Assembly (NCBI GenBank): GCA_024227565.1
Contig: JAAEUE010000165.1
Location: 71,911-135,910 of the forward strand
DNA from: Alphaproteobacteria bacterium
GTDB lineage: Bacteria; Pseudomonadota; Alphaproteobacteria; Rhizobiales; CAJQND01
Direction: 5' to 3'
DNA: 64,000 nt
Below are positions 1 to 8,897 of the stretch, piece after piece. A program made the translations under genes and the position numbers. The first letter of the stretch is position 1. Every line of letters starts with the position of its first letter. The notes under the pieces were generated by a model. The model was not told where the DNA came from. It did no database searches and was given only the letters and a program-made list of their open reading frames with translations.

Positions 1-109
1 GAGCCCAAACCTCTCCGTTGGCTGGGTTGATCGCGTCAAAAGTCGCGCCATCTTCTGCATCGCTCCATTCGCCGGCAATCAGCATTTGATAGGTCTTGAT
101 ACCCGCCAT
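1..109 (-). CDS. aldehyde dehydrogenase family protein, N-terminal fragment (gene runs off window start)
   Basis: The reverse complement of 1-109 starts with ATG at 109..107. It reads MAGIKTYQMLIAGEWSDAEDGATFDAINPANGEVWA, the canonical ALDH N-terminus (LIxGEWxDA..G.TF...NPA.GEV). It is absent from the ORF track because there is no stop inside the window. Confidence 0.6.
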   Translation of the reverse strand, partial: MAGIKTYQMLIAGEWSDAEDGATFDAINPANGEVWA

Positions 110-213
110 TTTTGAAGTCTCCCAAACCAACCGCTCAAATTGAACCGGCGCCTTGTTATCGGGAATTGCAATTCTTGCACAGCGCTTTTTCGCACCAGCT
201 CCTTGACATTTAT

Positions 214-225
214 GTACCTTGGTAC
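214..225. promoter_or_regulatory. perfect palindrome GTACC-TT-GGTAC between a TTGACA hexamer (203-208) and the ATG at 239; candidate operator
   Basis: Read directly from the sequence: ccTTGACAtttatGTACCTTGGTACcaccataacaattATG. Confidence 0.3.
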
Positions 226-238
226 CACCATAACAATT

Positions 239-490
239 ATGAACAAACCAATCGAACGTGTGCAAACGGGCGTGCGCTTGGAAAAGCGTCTGCTCAAGGT
301 TCTCAAAGGCACTGCTGAACATCTGGACATGTCGCTGGGCGACCTTCTGGAGGGGATGGCACTGCATTGCTTTGAAAACAAGGTTCCCTTTTCTGCCGAG
401 ACCCTTGGCAAGATCGAACAGCTGAAAGGCGTTTACGATCTTGATCTGAGGGCTGCCGACAGTCACACCTTTCTTGAACAAGGATCTTAG
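239..490 (+). CDS. small ribbon-helix-helix-like protein (hypothetical)
   Basis: An in-frame ATG at 239 inside track ORF 140..490 gives MNKPIERVQTGVRLEKRLLKVLKGTAEHLDMSLGDLLEGMALH... This is a beta-strand plus two-helix pattern typical of RHH/CopG-type binders. The start choice is inferred. There is a 2-nt gap to the next ORF. Confidence 0.5.
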   Translation: MNKPIERVQTGVRLEKRLLKVLKGTAEHLDMSLGDLLEGMALHCFENKVPFSAETLGKIEQLKGVYDLDLRAADSHTFLEQGS

Positions 491-492
491 AG

Positions 493-879
493 ATGTCTGC
501 TTCTTCAACGGCGCTCGTGCGCTCATTTGAAACCGGAGGCTTGGATCCCGCCGCCTTTAAGCACGCCGACCATGTGGCGGTGGCGTACGAGATGTTGGGG
601 GCATACGAATTTCTCGAAGCCTGCAGCAAATATGCCTCCAACCTTCGCGCCCTGGCGAAAAGAGCTGGCGCTCCCATGAAATTCAATGCCACCATCACTT
701 TGGCGTTCATGAGCCTGATTGCAGAGCGCATGGCCTCAAGAGAATATGAGAACTATGAGGAGTTCATCTCACACAATGCGGATCTGCGTTCAAAGAATGT
801 GCTTGAGCAATGGTACTCGCCCGAACGCCTCAACAGCGACGCCGCGCGCGCCGTGTTCCTGATGCCTGATGCCCGGTAA
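493..879 (+). CDS. hypothetical protein (helical, 128 aa)
   Basis: Track ORF tightly coupled to the upstream RHH-like ORF and followed 7 nt later by a hydrolase gene on the same strand. No motif recognised. Confidence 0.5.
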   Translation: MSASSTALVRSFETGGLDPAAFKHADHVAVAYEMLGAYEFLEACSKYASNLRALAKRAGAPMKFNATITLAFMSLIAERMASREYENYEEFISHNADLRSKNVLEQWYSPERLNSDAARAVFLMPDAR

Positions 880-886
880 GTCCTGA

Positions 887-1693
887 ATGTCGGCAGAGCA
901 GCCCCCTCATCGCACCCACAGCGGCACACCTGTTTGGGTCAACGGCGCGGGCAGCACCATAATCTTCATTCATGGCGTGCTGGTTGACCACCGCATGTGG
1001 CGCCCTCAGGTGGAGGCCCTCTCGCCCCACCACCGGATTTGCTGTTTGGACATGCTGGGCCATGGCCAGGCCCCCGATCTGCCCGGCGAAAGGGTGTTGA
1101 ATGATTTCGTTGCACAGGTGCACGAGGTGGTGGAGACGTTCTCAAACTCCGGTCCGCCGGTTCTGTGCGGCTTTTCCATGGGGGGACTGATCGCCCAGGC
1201 TTATGCAGCACAGCATCATGAGCGTCTTGCCGGCCTTGTGTTGTTGAACACGGTGCACGACCGCTCGCCGGAAGAGGCTGCAACGGTGCTTGCGCGGTTT
1301 GAGGGCAATGTGGCCCGCGGGGTGGAAAATGCGGTTGAATCGGGCACCAAGCGCTGGTTCACCGAGACAGACCACCGGCAACGGCCGCAAGTGATTGCTG
1401 ATGTACAGCGCTGGATGCGTGACGGGGACTTTACCGCCAAGCGCAAGGCCCACCGGGTGTTCGTGAGCTCCGATGCAGAAGTGACCGGCAAATTGGGCGC
1501 CCTCTCCTGCCCCGCCTTGGTGATGACCGGCGAACGCGATGCCGGCTCAACACCTGCCATGGCCCGCAAGATGGCCGATGCCATCCCGGATGCAGAACTG
1601 CACATTCTGGAAGACCAGCACCACATGATGCCGACCCTGGCCGCAGACCGGGTGAACGAGATCATCTTGAGATTTCTGAAACGTTGCTGGTGA
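887..1693 (+). CDS. alpha/beta hydrolase
   Basis: G-x-S-x-G nucleophile elbow (GFSMGG), an IIFIHGVLVD oxyanion region, and a C-terminal His in DQHHMMP. Length is typical (268 aa). Confidence 0.85.
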   Translation: MSAEQPPHRTHSGTPVWVNGAGSTIIFIHGVLVDHRMWRPQVEALSPHHRICCLDMLGHGQAPDLPGERVLNDFVAQVHEVVETFSNSGPPVLCGFSMGGLIAQAYAAQHHERLAGLVLLNTVHDRSPEEAATVLARFEGNVARGVENAVESGTKRWFTETDHRQRPQVIADVQRWMRDGDFTAKRKAHRVFVSSDAEVTGKLGALSCPALVMTGERDAGSTPAMARKMADAIPDAELHILEDQHHMMPTLAADRVNEIILRFLKRCW

Positions 1694-1698
1694 CCGCC

Positions 1699-2577
1699 TT
1701 AGCCGGACGGCAGGCCAGCTTCAGATTTCACCCAGTCCACAAACGCCCCGCTGGCCGGGGTTGCGTTCTGGCGCGTGGGCTCCATCAGATAGTAGGCCTC
1801 CAGCATAGGGATCGAGGCCGCATGAGCGCGCACTAGAGCGCCGGCCGACAATTGTTCAGAGACGATACAATCATGGGCCAACGCCAGCCCTGCGCCCGAT
1901 TGGGCCGCCGCAAGAGAGATCACGTAAGTGGTTGCGAAATTGACCACCTTGCCCTCGGGCAACTTTTTACCAAGACCCGCAAGCCAGCTTTCCCAATTGG
2001 CCAATATCCCGCCGCAGTCGAACAGGGCTTCAGAATGCCAATCGCCGCCGCGCTCAAGCACCTCAGGCGAACACACAGGAAAGCATGTATCGGTTGTAAG
2101 GCGGCTCAAGCGCTCGCCCTCAAGGTCGCGGCCAAACCGCACTTCCACATCCGAATTGCTCTCGTTGCGGCTCTGGTCCCACAGGGCCGTCACGATATCG
2201 AGCGTCAGCCAGGGATGAAGGGACAGCAGTTTTGGCAACCGCGGTGCAAGCCAGAACACCGAGAACGCGAGATTGCACTGCACAGTCAGGGCTTTGCCCC
2301 TGTCGCCGCCAATCAGAGCACGCGTGCCGGCAGCGAGTGTGGCAAACGCCTCTTGCACAGTGGGCAGATAGTTGAGGCCCGCATCGGTGATCTGCAACAC
2401 GCGTGTGCGCCGGACGAACAGAGTGCGGCCCAGATAGTTCTCCAGGCTCTTAATCTGCTGGGAAATGGCTGATTGCGTCATGTTGAGTTCTTGCGCAGCA
2501 CCGGTGAACGACAGGTGGCGGGCCGAAGCCTCAAAGGCACGCAGCCAGTTCAGCGGCGGAAGGGGATCACGCGCCAT
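1699..2577 (-). CDS. LysR family transcriptional regulator (GcvA-like)
   Basis: N-terminal wHTH LPPLNWLRAFEASARHLSFTGAAQELNMTQSAISQQIKSLENYLGRTLFVR. Divergent from the dmdA-type gene. Confidence 0.9.
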   Translation of the reverse strand: MARDPLPPLNWLRAFEASARHLSFTGAAQELNMTQSAISQQIKSLENYLGRTLFVRRTRVLQITDAGLNYLPTVQEAFATLAAGTRALIGGDRGKALTVQCNLAFSVFWLAPRLPKLLSLHPWLTLDIVTALWDQSRNESNSDVEVRFGRDLEGERLSRLTTDTCFPVCSPEVLERGGDWHSEALFDCGGILANWESWLAGLGKKLPEGKVVNFATTYVISLAAAQSGAGLALAHDCIVSEQLSAGALVRAHAASIPMLEAYYLMEPTRQNATPASGAFVDWVKSEAGLPSG

Positions 2578-2600
2578 CAGGTTCCTCTCAGAAGCCGTCT

Positions 2601-2615
2601 ATTAGTTTGACTTAT
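2601..2615. promoter_or_regulatory. ATTAGTTTGACTTAT motif, copy 1 (LysR/dmdA divergent intergenic region)
   Basis: This 15-mer recurs identically at 5092-5106. It contains ATTAG, the complement of the CTAAT core described for GcvA sites. Confidence 0.45.
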
Positions 2616-2695
2616 GAAATTACCGCAAAATTCTAACTTGCACAGCAGCTGATTTCTGGCACAGGGAATGCGGGAGATATTCTGGAGCATTCATC

Positions 2696-3802
2696 ATGCA
2701 ACTGCCTTACCTGACCGCGTCAAGCCGGGTGCGGCTCACGCCATTTTCAACCCGGGTGGAAGAAGCCGGCGCGCAAGCCTACACCACATACAACCATATG
2801 CATCTGCCGACGATCTTTCGCTCGCCGCAGGAAGACTATGCCCACCTGAAATCGGCTGTGCAGGTGTGGGATGTTTCGGTGGAACGCCAGGTTGAGATCC
2901 GGGGCCCGGACGCCCTGAAACTGGTGCAACTCACCACACCGCGTGATGTGTCCAGGATGAAGGACGATCAATGCTTCTACATTCCCATGGTGGATGAGAC
3001 CGGCGGAATGTTGAATGACCCGATCTTGCTGAAATTGGAAGATCAGCGCTTCTGGGTCTCTTTGGCCGATTCCGACATGTTGTACTATTACAAGGGCTTG
3101 GCGAATGGCCTCGGGTTGAATGTTCAGGTTTTTGAACCCGACGTTTGCCCACTTGCGGTCCAGGGCCCCAAGGCCGACGCTCTTGTGGGGCGGGTGTTTG
3201 GGCCTGATGTTGTGGAGACGAAGTTCTTTCGCCACACCCGGGTCAACATCGCAGGCAAGCCCATGGTGATTGCCCGCTCCGGCTGGTCGTTGCAGGGCGG
3301 GTTTGAGATCTACCTGGACGGCACCGAGCACGGCGAGACGCTGTGGGACATGCTGTTTGAAGCTGGCGCCGACCTTGATGTGCGGGCGGGCTGTCCAAGC
3401 ACGATCGAACGGATTGAAGGCGGCCTCCTGTCGTTCGGCAACGACATGACGCCGGAACACACGCCGTTCGAAGCCGGTCTCGGCAAGTATTGCCATCTGG
3501 AAACCGCCACAAGCTGCCTTGGTCACGCTGCACTGGTGGAGAAGCGCGAGCCGACGCGTCAGGTGCGGCCTGTGGAGATTTCCGGTGAAGCCGTGCCTGC
3601 CTTGCGCGCGCCATGGCCAGTGGTGGACGGGAACGGTCAGCCGGCCGGCTTTGTCTCGTCTGCCGCCTGGTCGCCCGATTTCAGCACCAATGTGGCAATC
3701 GCCATGCTGGATCGTGCCCATTGGAGCGCTGGCAGCGAGCTTGAAGTGCAAACACCCGCCGGCACCCAAAGTCTGATGGTTCGCGACAAGTTCTGGATCT
3801 AG
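2696..3802 (+). CDS. dmdA: GcvT-family aminomethyltransferase, DmdA-type (dimethylsulfoniopropionate demethylase-like)
   Basis: 368 aa. The N-terminus SSRVRLTPFSTRVEEAGAQAYTTYNHMHLPTIFRSPQEDYAHLKSAVQVWDVSVERQVEIRGPDA and later ARSGWSLQGGFEIY and IERIEGGLLSFGNDMT match my recollection of SAR11 and Ruegeria DmdA rather than classical GcvT. Confidence 0.75.
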   Translation: MQLPYLTASSRVRLTPFSTRVEEAGAQAYTTYNHMHLPTIFRSPQEDYAHLKSAVQVWDVSVERQVEIRGPDALKLVQLTTPRDVSRMKDDQCFYIPMVDETGGMLNDPILLKLEDQRFWVSLADSDMLYYYKGLANGLGLNVQVFEPDVCPLAVQGPKADALVGRVFGPDVVETKFFRHTRVNIAGKPMVIARSGWSLQGGFEIYLDGTEHGETLWDMLFEAGADLDVRAGCPSTIERIEGGLLSFGNDMTPEHTPFEAGLGKYCHLETATSCLGHAALVEKREPTRQVRPVEISGEAVPALRAPWPVVDGNGQPAGFVSSAAWSPDFSTNVAIAMLDRAHWSAGSELEVQTPAGTQSLMVRDKFWI

Positions 3803-3842
3803 CTATAGCATTGCCACCGTCAATGCAGCGGAGGCGGCCATC

Positions 3843-5066
3843 ATGCAAACCAGCCGGTCATCAGGGTCATACGTCAGTCATCTAGAGTGCAGCCGGACGG
3901 GTGAACGGGTTGAACATGATCGCGTGCATGGCCTGTCGGCCAGCGGCGCACCCCTGCTTGTGCGCTATGATCTGAACCGGATGAAGGCGGATTTGGACCG
4001 CGACCTGATTTGCAGCCGCACGGCCGATATGTGGATGTGGCGCGCGTTTCTTCCCCTGGATGCTGAGACCCAGCCGGTATCATTGGGGGAAACAATGACC
4101 CCCCTGATTCCGGCCGGCGGCGGGATCATGATCAAAGATGAAGGCAGGTTGCCGACCGGTTCCTTCAAGGCCAGAGGCATGGCGGTTGCGGTGTCGATGG
4201 CGCGGCATTTCGGAAAGACCGAACTTGCCGTCCCAACCGCAGGCAACGCCGGAGCGGCTGCGGCCGCCTACGGTGCTGCTGCAGGCATGAATGTGAATGT
4301 GTTCACGCCGGAAGACACCCCAAAGGTCACCGTTCAGGAAATCGTGCTGCACGGGGCGGACGTTTATCAGGTCCCCGGCCTGATCGACACCTGCGGCAAG
4401 ATTGTCCGCGCCATCACAGCCACTGAGACCGGCTGGCACGACCTATCAACCCTCGCTGAGCCCTACCGGCTTGAGGGCAAGAAAACCATGGGCCTGGAAC
4501 TGGCATTTCAGTTCGGTTGGTCGCTTCCCGATGTGATCTACTATCCAACGGGCGGAGGCACAGGCTTCATTGGCATGTGGAAGGCCTTCCAGGAACTGCG
4601 TCATCTGGGATGGATCGACGGCAAGCTGCCCCGAATGGTTTCGGTCCAGACCCATGGATGCAATCCGATCAAGCTTGCCTTCGAGAACGGCCAAGATGAT
4701 GTTGAGGAACCGTTTTCGCCAGTGACGACCGTGGTGCCGGGCGTGCGGGTGCCCAAGCCGTTGGGCGGACGGTTGATCATTGAAGTATTGCGTGCCTCCG
4801 AGGGACATGCGTGCGCGGTCTCCGATGATGAGGTGATGCGAGCCCAAGCCCAAATCGCCGCGCAACAAGGCATCAATCTTTGCCCAGAAGGCGCAGCCTG
4901 TTTGGCGGCACATGCGCTGGATGTTGCTGCAGGAAAAACTGGGCCCGAGGAAACAGCAATCATCTTCAACACCGCAACCGGATTCAAATGGCCGATGCCG
5001 GATGTGAAACCGTCTGCTGCATCCCGCGCGCTTGTAGAGCGCTATATGGGACAGATTGGGCGCTAG
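3843..5066 (+). CDS. threonine synthase-like PLP-dependent enzyme (fold type II)
   Basis: PLP-lysine motif GSFKARGMAV, a glycine loop YYPTGGGTGFIG, and a ThrC-like N-terminal region. Lies 40 nt after dmdA on the same strand. Confidence 0.8.
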   Translation: MQTSRSSGSYVSHLECSRTGERVEHDRVHGLSASGAPLLVRYDLNRMKADLDRDLICSRTADMWMWRAFLPLDAETQPVSLGETMTPLIPAGGGIMIKDEGRLPTGSFKARGMAVAVSMARHFGKTELAVPTAGNAGAAAAAYGAAAGMNVNVFTPEDTPKVTVQEIVLHGADVYQVPGLIDTCGKIVRAITATETGWHDLSTLAEPYRLEGKKTMGLELAFQFGWSLPDVIYYPTGGGTGFIGMWKAFQELRHLGWIDGKLPRMVSVQTHGCNPIKLAFENGQDDVEEPFSPVTTVVPGVRVPKPLGGRLIIEVLRASEGHACAVSDDEVMRAQAQIAAQQGINLCPEGAACLAAHALDVAAGKTGPEETAIIFNTATGFKWPMPDVKPSAASRALVERYMGQIGR

Positions 5067-5091
5067 GACGTGCAGCTGCCAGAAATGATCC

Positions 5092-5106
5092 ATTAGTTTG
5101 ACTTAT
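5092..5106. promoter_or_regulatory. ATTAGTTTGACTTAT motif, copy 2 (upstream of desaturase-family gene)
   Basis: Identical 15-mer to 2601-2615. Lies 26 nt after the ThrC-like stop and 77 nt before the ATG at 5183. Confidence 0.45.
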
Positions 5107-5182
5107 TTCAGTTGTGAAGATTTCTCGTTTGTCGCCCGCCCACTATCGCGTCACCTTTGTCAGGTGAAGTGGAGTGAACGCT

Positions 5183-6214
5183 ATGACGCCAGCCCCCATT
5201 GCCACCAACGCCGCCTCGTCCGGCGTCAAACTTGAACGCAAAACCCTGAGACAACTGGGCAAGCGCAGCGATGTTCCAGGCCTGATCTGGTTAGCGCATT
5301 GGGTCGTGTTCCTTCTGGGAGGCGGCGTGCTTTTGCATCTGTCTGTGGGCACTTGGTGGGTGGTGCCTGCGATGATTGCCTATGGCGCGGTGTTGGTTGT
5401 GCCCACCTACGCACTCAGCCACGAAACCTCCCACGGCACTGCGTTTAGAACCAGATGGTTGAATGATGCGCTCTTGTGGATCTCCTCCTTCATCTACTTT
5501 GAAGAGCCCAACCACCGGCGCTATGCGCACACGTCCCACCACACCTACACCATGCATGTGGGCAAGGACGGCCAGATGCCGTTCGCGCTTCCCATGACGT
5601 TTAGAGAATGGCTTGTGGAACTGACCCACCTGGGCTTCTACTGGTACGAGATCAAGCTGTTTGTCAAAAATGCGCTGGGCCGGTTCAGCCCGTTGGTGCT
5701 GCAGTACACTCCTGAAGACGAACTGCCCAAGCTGAAATGGGGCGCCCGGGTTTATCTTGCCGCCTATGCCACACTGCTGGCGTTCATCGCAGCCGGGCAC
5801 GTGTGGCCGCTGCTCTACCTTGTCCTCCCGCGGCTCGTCGGCGCCCCTGTGATGCAGATGTTCACAATCTTGCAGCACGCCGAACTGAGCGAGGACACGC
5901 CGTCCATTCTGGACTCAACCCGATCCTACAAAGGCGGTTGGCTGTCTTGGTTTTTGTACATGAACATGAACAATCACGTTGAACACCACCTCTATCCCCA
6001 GGTTCCGTTCTACGCCCTGCCCGGCCTGCAGAAGGCCATTGAGGATCAGGTTCCAGAGCCTGATCCGGGGTTCTGGCGCACCAACTATGAAGTGGCGGCA
6101 GTTGTCGCGCGCCGCTCACTCGGCCTGAGCACGCGGGCGCCGAGCATCCGCCAGGCCCCCCACATGATCACCGAAGGCGGCTTCACCAAGATCTCCGAAG
6201 CAAACATGCGCTGA
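5183..6214 (+). CDS. membrane fatty-acid-desaturase-family di-iron oxygenase
   Basis: Three His boxes: HETSHG, HRRYAHTSHH and HVEHHLYP. Hydrophobic segments are present. I prefer the ATG at 5183 (GGAG 8 nt upstream) over the GTG at 5174 used by the track. Confidence 0.85.
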   Translation: MTPAPIATNAASSGVKLERKTLRQLGKRSDVPGLIWLAHWVVFLLGGGVLLHLSVGTWWVVPAMIAYGAVLVVPTYALSHETSHGTAFRTRWLNDALLWISSFIYFEEPNHRRYAHTSHHTYTMHVGKDGQMPFALPMTFREWLVELTHLGFYWYEIKLFVKNALGRFSPLVLQYTPEDELPKLKWGARVYLAAYATLLAFIAAGHVWPLLYLVLPRLVGAPVMQMFTILQHAELSEDTPSILDSTRSYKGGWLSWFLYMNMNNHVEHHLYPQVPFYALPGLQKAIEDQVPEPDPGFWRTNYEVAAVVARRSLGLSTRAPSIRQAPHMITEGGFTKISEANMR

Positions 6215-6252
6215 TGCGGACGAGCCGTTGCGCACAGGAAGGCAAGCGAGGG

Positions 6253-6564
6253 ATGAGCACCTGGATCAAAGCCTGCGCAGCAGACGAGATCGATGACGAA
6301 GATCTGATCCGCTGGGATTATGACGGACAAACTTTTGCGCTCTTCAACACGCCGCGGGGCTTCTTCGCCACAGACGGGTTGTGCACACATGAGGACCAAC
6401 ACTTGGAGGACGGGATAGTGATCGGCCAGGTGATCGAGTGTCCATTGCATCAGGGCCGGTTTGATATCGCTTCGGGCAAGGCCCTGTCTGCGCCTGTGTG
6501 TGTTGACCTTAAGACCTACCCGGTGAAGCTGGAAGCCGGCTGCGTGTTCGTGGATATTGGATAG
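6253..6564 (+). CDS. Rieske [2Fe-2S] ferredoxin
   Basis: CTHEDQHL...CPLHQGRF (CxH...CxxH Rieske ligands). AGGAAGG lies 10 nt upstream of the ATG at 6253. The alternative start at 6214 overlaps the desaturase stop (ATGA). Confidence 0.85.
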   Translation: MSTWIKACAADEIDDEDLIRWDYDGQTFALFNTPRGFFATDGLCTHEDQHLEDGIVIGQVIECPLHQGRFDIASGKALSAPVCVDLKTYPVKLEAGCVFVDIG

Positions 6565-7559
6565 GCGGTGGCACCAATCAGCCTGGTTTGGGAGGGCTTC
6601 TGCCCAAATTTCTGGGCATACTGCTTTGCAAACCGGCCCGCATTCGAGAACCCATACTTCCCGGCAATGTCGGTAACGGTGCCCATTTCCTTGATGATCT
6701 CGTTGTGGGCGGCCTCCAACCGGAAATCACACAGAACGGCCATGGGCGTTGTCCCTCTGAAGGTTTTGAATGCGACATGCAGGGCACGCGGACTGCAACC
6801 GGCCGCTCCGGCAAGCTGTTCAATTGTGATGGGCCCAGCACAGAGCTCTCGCATGTATTCTTCTGCGCGCTTAACTGATCGAGGGACAGCATTTGGCCGG
6901 TTGGAATTGAGTAGATGGCTATAATTGTGGGGCAAACTGCTCAGCAGCACGGTGTTAAGATAAGACTTAAAATTGGCATTCGAAATCGGATGGCTGAAGG
7001 GATCAGGCAGATTGTTAAACTGGGACATCAGATAGTTGATCAAACTGACAACAGCACGCCCCGGTCCGCTGTTAGCGTTCACCAAGGGCGTGAACGACAA
7101 CCTCGCGTTCATTTGGGAGACCATGAGCGATTGCAGTTGATTCTCCAGCAAGCTGGCTGGAACAACCAAGGATAGGTTTGTGTAGTCGGACGAGTTGGTG
7201 TTTTCCAATCCTTCCATTCTTCGGTAGATGAGCACTTGGTCCGGATTCTGAACAATCGCTCCATTGTGCGGACAGATCCGTTTTGAAGAACCAGAAATGG
7301 GCAGGCAAATGAAATAAGCATCGTAGTCTGCAGAAAACTCCCCCTTCAGCGCCAAATTGTAGCGATACAAGACGAGCGCCACATCATCGATGGTCGCCCG
7401 TGACAGTCTCGCAACCGTTCCGTCTGCAACCTCCTCACAAGGAGTGATCCGAATACTCGCATGTTGGTTGGATATCCAGTCAGCCACTTCATCGGCCGAT
7501 TTGGCCTCAAAATTGAGATATCTCTTCTCGAACGAAGTTAATTCGGACAAAGCAATCAT
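6516..7559 (-). CDS. AraC family transcriptional regulator
   Basis: C-terminal double HTH (IEQLAGAAGCSPRALHVAFKTFRGTTPMAVLCDFRLEAAHNEI...ITDIAGKYGFSNAGRFAKQYAQKFGQKPSQTR). The 3' end overlaps the Rieske gene by 49 nt (convergent). Confidence 0.85.
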   Translation of the reverse strand: MIALSELTSFEKRYLNFEAKSADEVADWISNQHASIRITPCEEVADGTVARLSRATIDDVALVLYRYNLALKGEFSADYDAYFICLPISGSSKRICPHNGAIVQNPDQVLIYRRMEGLENTNSSDYTNLSLVVPASLLENQLQSLMVSQMNARLSFTPLVNANSGPGRAVVSLINYLMSQFNNLPDPFSHPISNANFKSYLNTVLLSSLPHNYSHLLNSNRPNAVPRSVKRAEEYMRELCAGPITIEQLAGAAGCSPRALHVAFKTFRGTTPMAVLCDFRLEAAHNEIIKEMGTVTDIAGKYGFSNAGRFAKQYAQKFGQKPSQTRLIGATAYPISTNTQPASSFTG

Positions 7560-7680
7560 CTCTCCAACGCCCCCTGGTCAATGGCACAACACGCCAACTT
7601 GCCTGAAAGGGCATTTTACAGCAGTAACAATTCAATTGTCACATATTAATTCAAAATGCACATAATTTTATCTGAACTCG

Positions 7681-8682
7681 TCAAGCTCCGTGTTTTGCAC
7701 TCCGCGCGATGCGGGACGGGCACTCGCCAAATTTCTCTGCAAAAATCTTAGAAAATCGGCCAAGATTACTGAAACCCCACTTAAAAGCGATCTCCGTCAC
7801 GGTGCATTCAGTGTGCAAAATGTCGCTATGGGCTGCTTCAAGCCGAATATCACGCAACACGGCCATTGGCCCTGCCTGCCTGTGCGTTTTGAAAGCGTTT
7901 TGCAATCCACGTTCGCTGCAGCCGGCAACCCGGGCAAGCTTGGTGAGCGTAATCGGTTGATCGCAGTGGGCCCGCATGTAGTCCTCTGCCCGGCGAACCG
8001 ATTTAGGAAGAACATCGGCAGAGCCCGCCTGCGCGGTTTCGCGGTAGTTGTGCGGGAGACTTTCAATCAGAACCGACATCAAGTGTTCCATGATGTTGGT
8101 CTTGATGAGTTCGTTGTCGAGACAGCCGGGCGCAGAATTGAGCAATGTAAGCATGTGTGAAATCAGACTAACAACCGGCGCTCCCGATCCGTTGTTCACA
8201 TCGACCAATGGAGAAAAGTCCAGCGGCTCTTTGGCTCGGTCACCAATCCAATTTTCCAGCCGTTTCTCCAACAAACTTGCCGGTACGATTAATGAGAGAT
8301 TTGAGAAGCCGGGTCCCACTGTATTCTTCAGGCCCGCCTGCCTCTTAAAAACGCGCAAATTTTCAGTGGTTTGGACAATTTCAGTCTTTTGCCCAAGCTG
8401 CATCTTCATCTTGCCAGCGTGTGGGATGCACACGAAATAGGCATTCATGTCATCCAGCAATTCGCTCTGACATGCTTGGAACCAGCGAAAATTAACAAGA
8501 GACACTTCATCAACCGTTGCTCGGGCAAAGCGTGCAACTGGTCCTGGTTGCGGTTTTTCGAGAGGAAACGAACGAAAGCCTTTGTGCCTCCGTGAAACCC
8601 ACTGGGACACTTCTTCTGTTGAGTTTGCCTCAAGGCTTAAATACTGCCTTTCAAACTCGCCAATAATCTCGGCATTGAGCAT
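7681..8682 (-). CDS. AraC family transcriptional regulator (paralog of 6516-7559)
   Basis: Same architecture and collinear similarity (FERQYLSLEANSTEEVSQWVS vs FEKRYLNFEAKSADEVADWIS; C-terminal TEIAFKWGFSNLGRFSKIFAEKFGECPS). Confidence 0.85.
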   Translation of the reverse strand: MLNAEIIGEFERQYLSLEANSTEEVSQWVSRRHKGFRSFPLEKPQPGPVARFARATVDEVSLVNFRWFQACQSELLDDMNAYFVCIPHAGKMKMQLGQKTEIVQTTENLRVFKRQAGLKNTVGPGFSNLSLIVPASLLEKRLENWIGDRAKEPLDFSPLVDVNNGSGAPVVSLISHMLTLLNSAPGCLDNELIKTNIMEHLMSVLIESLPHNYRETAQAGSADVLPKSVRRAEDYMRAHCDQPITLTKLARVAGCSERGLQNAFKTHRQAGPMAVLRDIRLEAAHSDILHTECTVTEIAFKWGFSNLGRFSKIFAEKFGECPSRIARSAKHGA

Positions 8683-8897
8683 CGAAGGTTCAGCCTATTG
8701 CTCGAACTTACCCATCTAAGATTGCAGTTCTGAAACACCACTATCTATACGTAACGTAAATTATCCATTACAAGTGCATAGCTAACTTTTAAGGATATCA
8801 CTTCACATTTCTGTGACGGCTACACTCGCTCACTCGACCAGACGGCCGTGTAGCACTTGCAAAAACATCTTATAAATCAGGCTTTTCAGCCGATTTT

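Noticed and set aside
2747..3769. 340-aa ORF on the minus strand
   Set aside because: It lies entirely antisense to the well-supported DmdA-type gene. It is Arg/Gly/His-rich with no motif, which is typical of a shadow ORF in GC-rich DNA.
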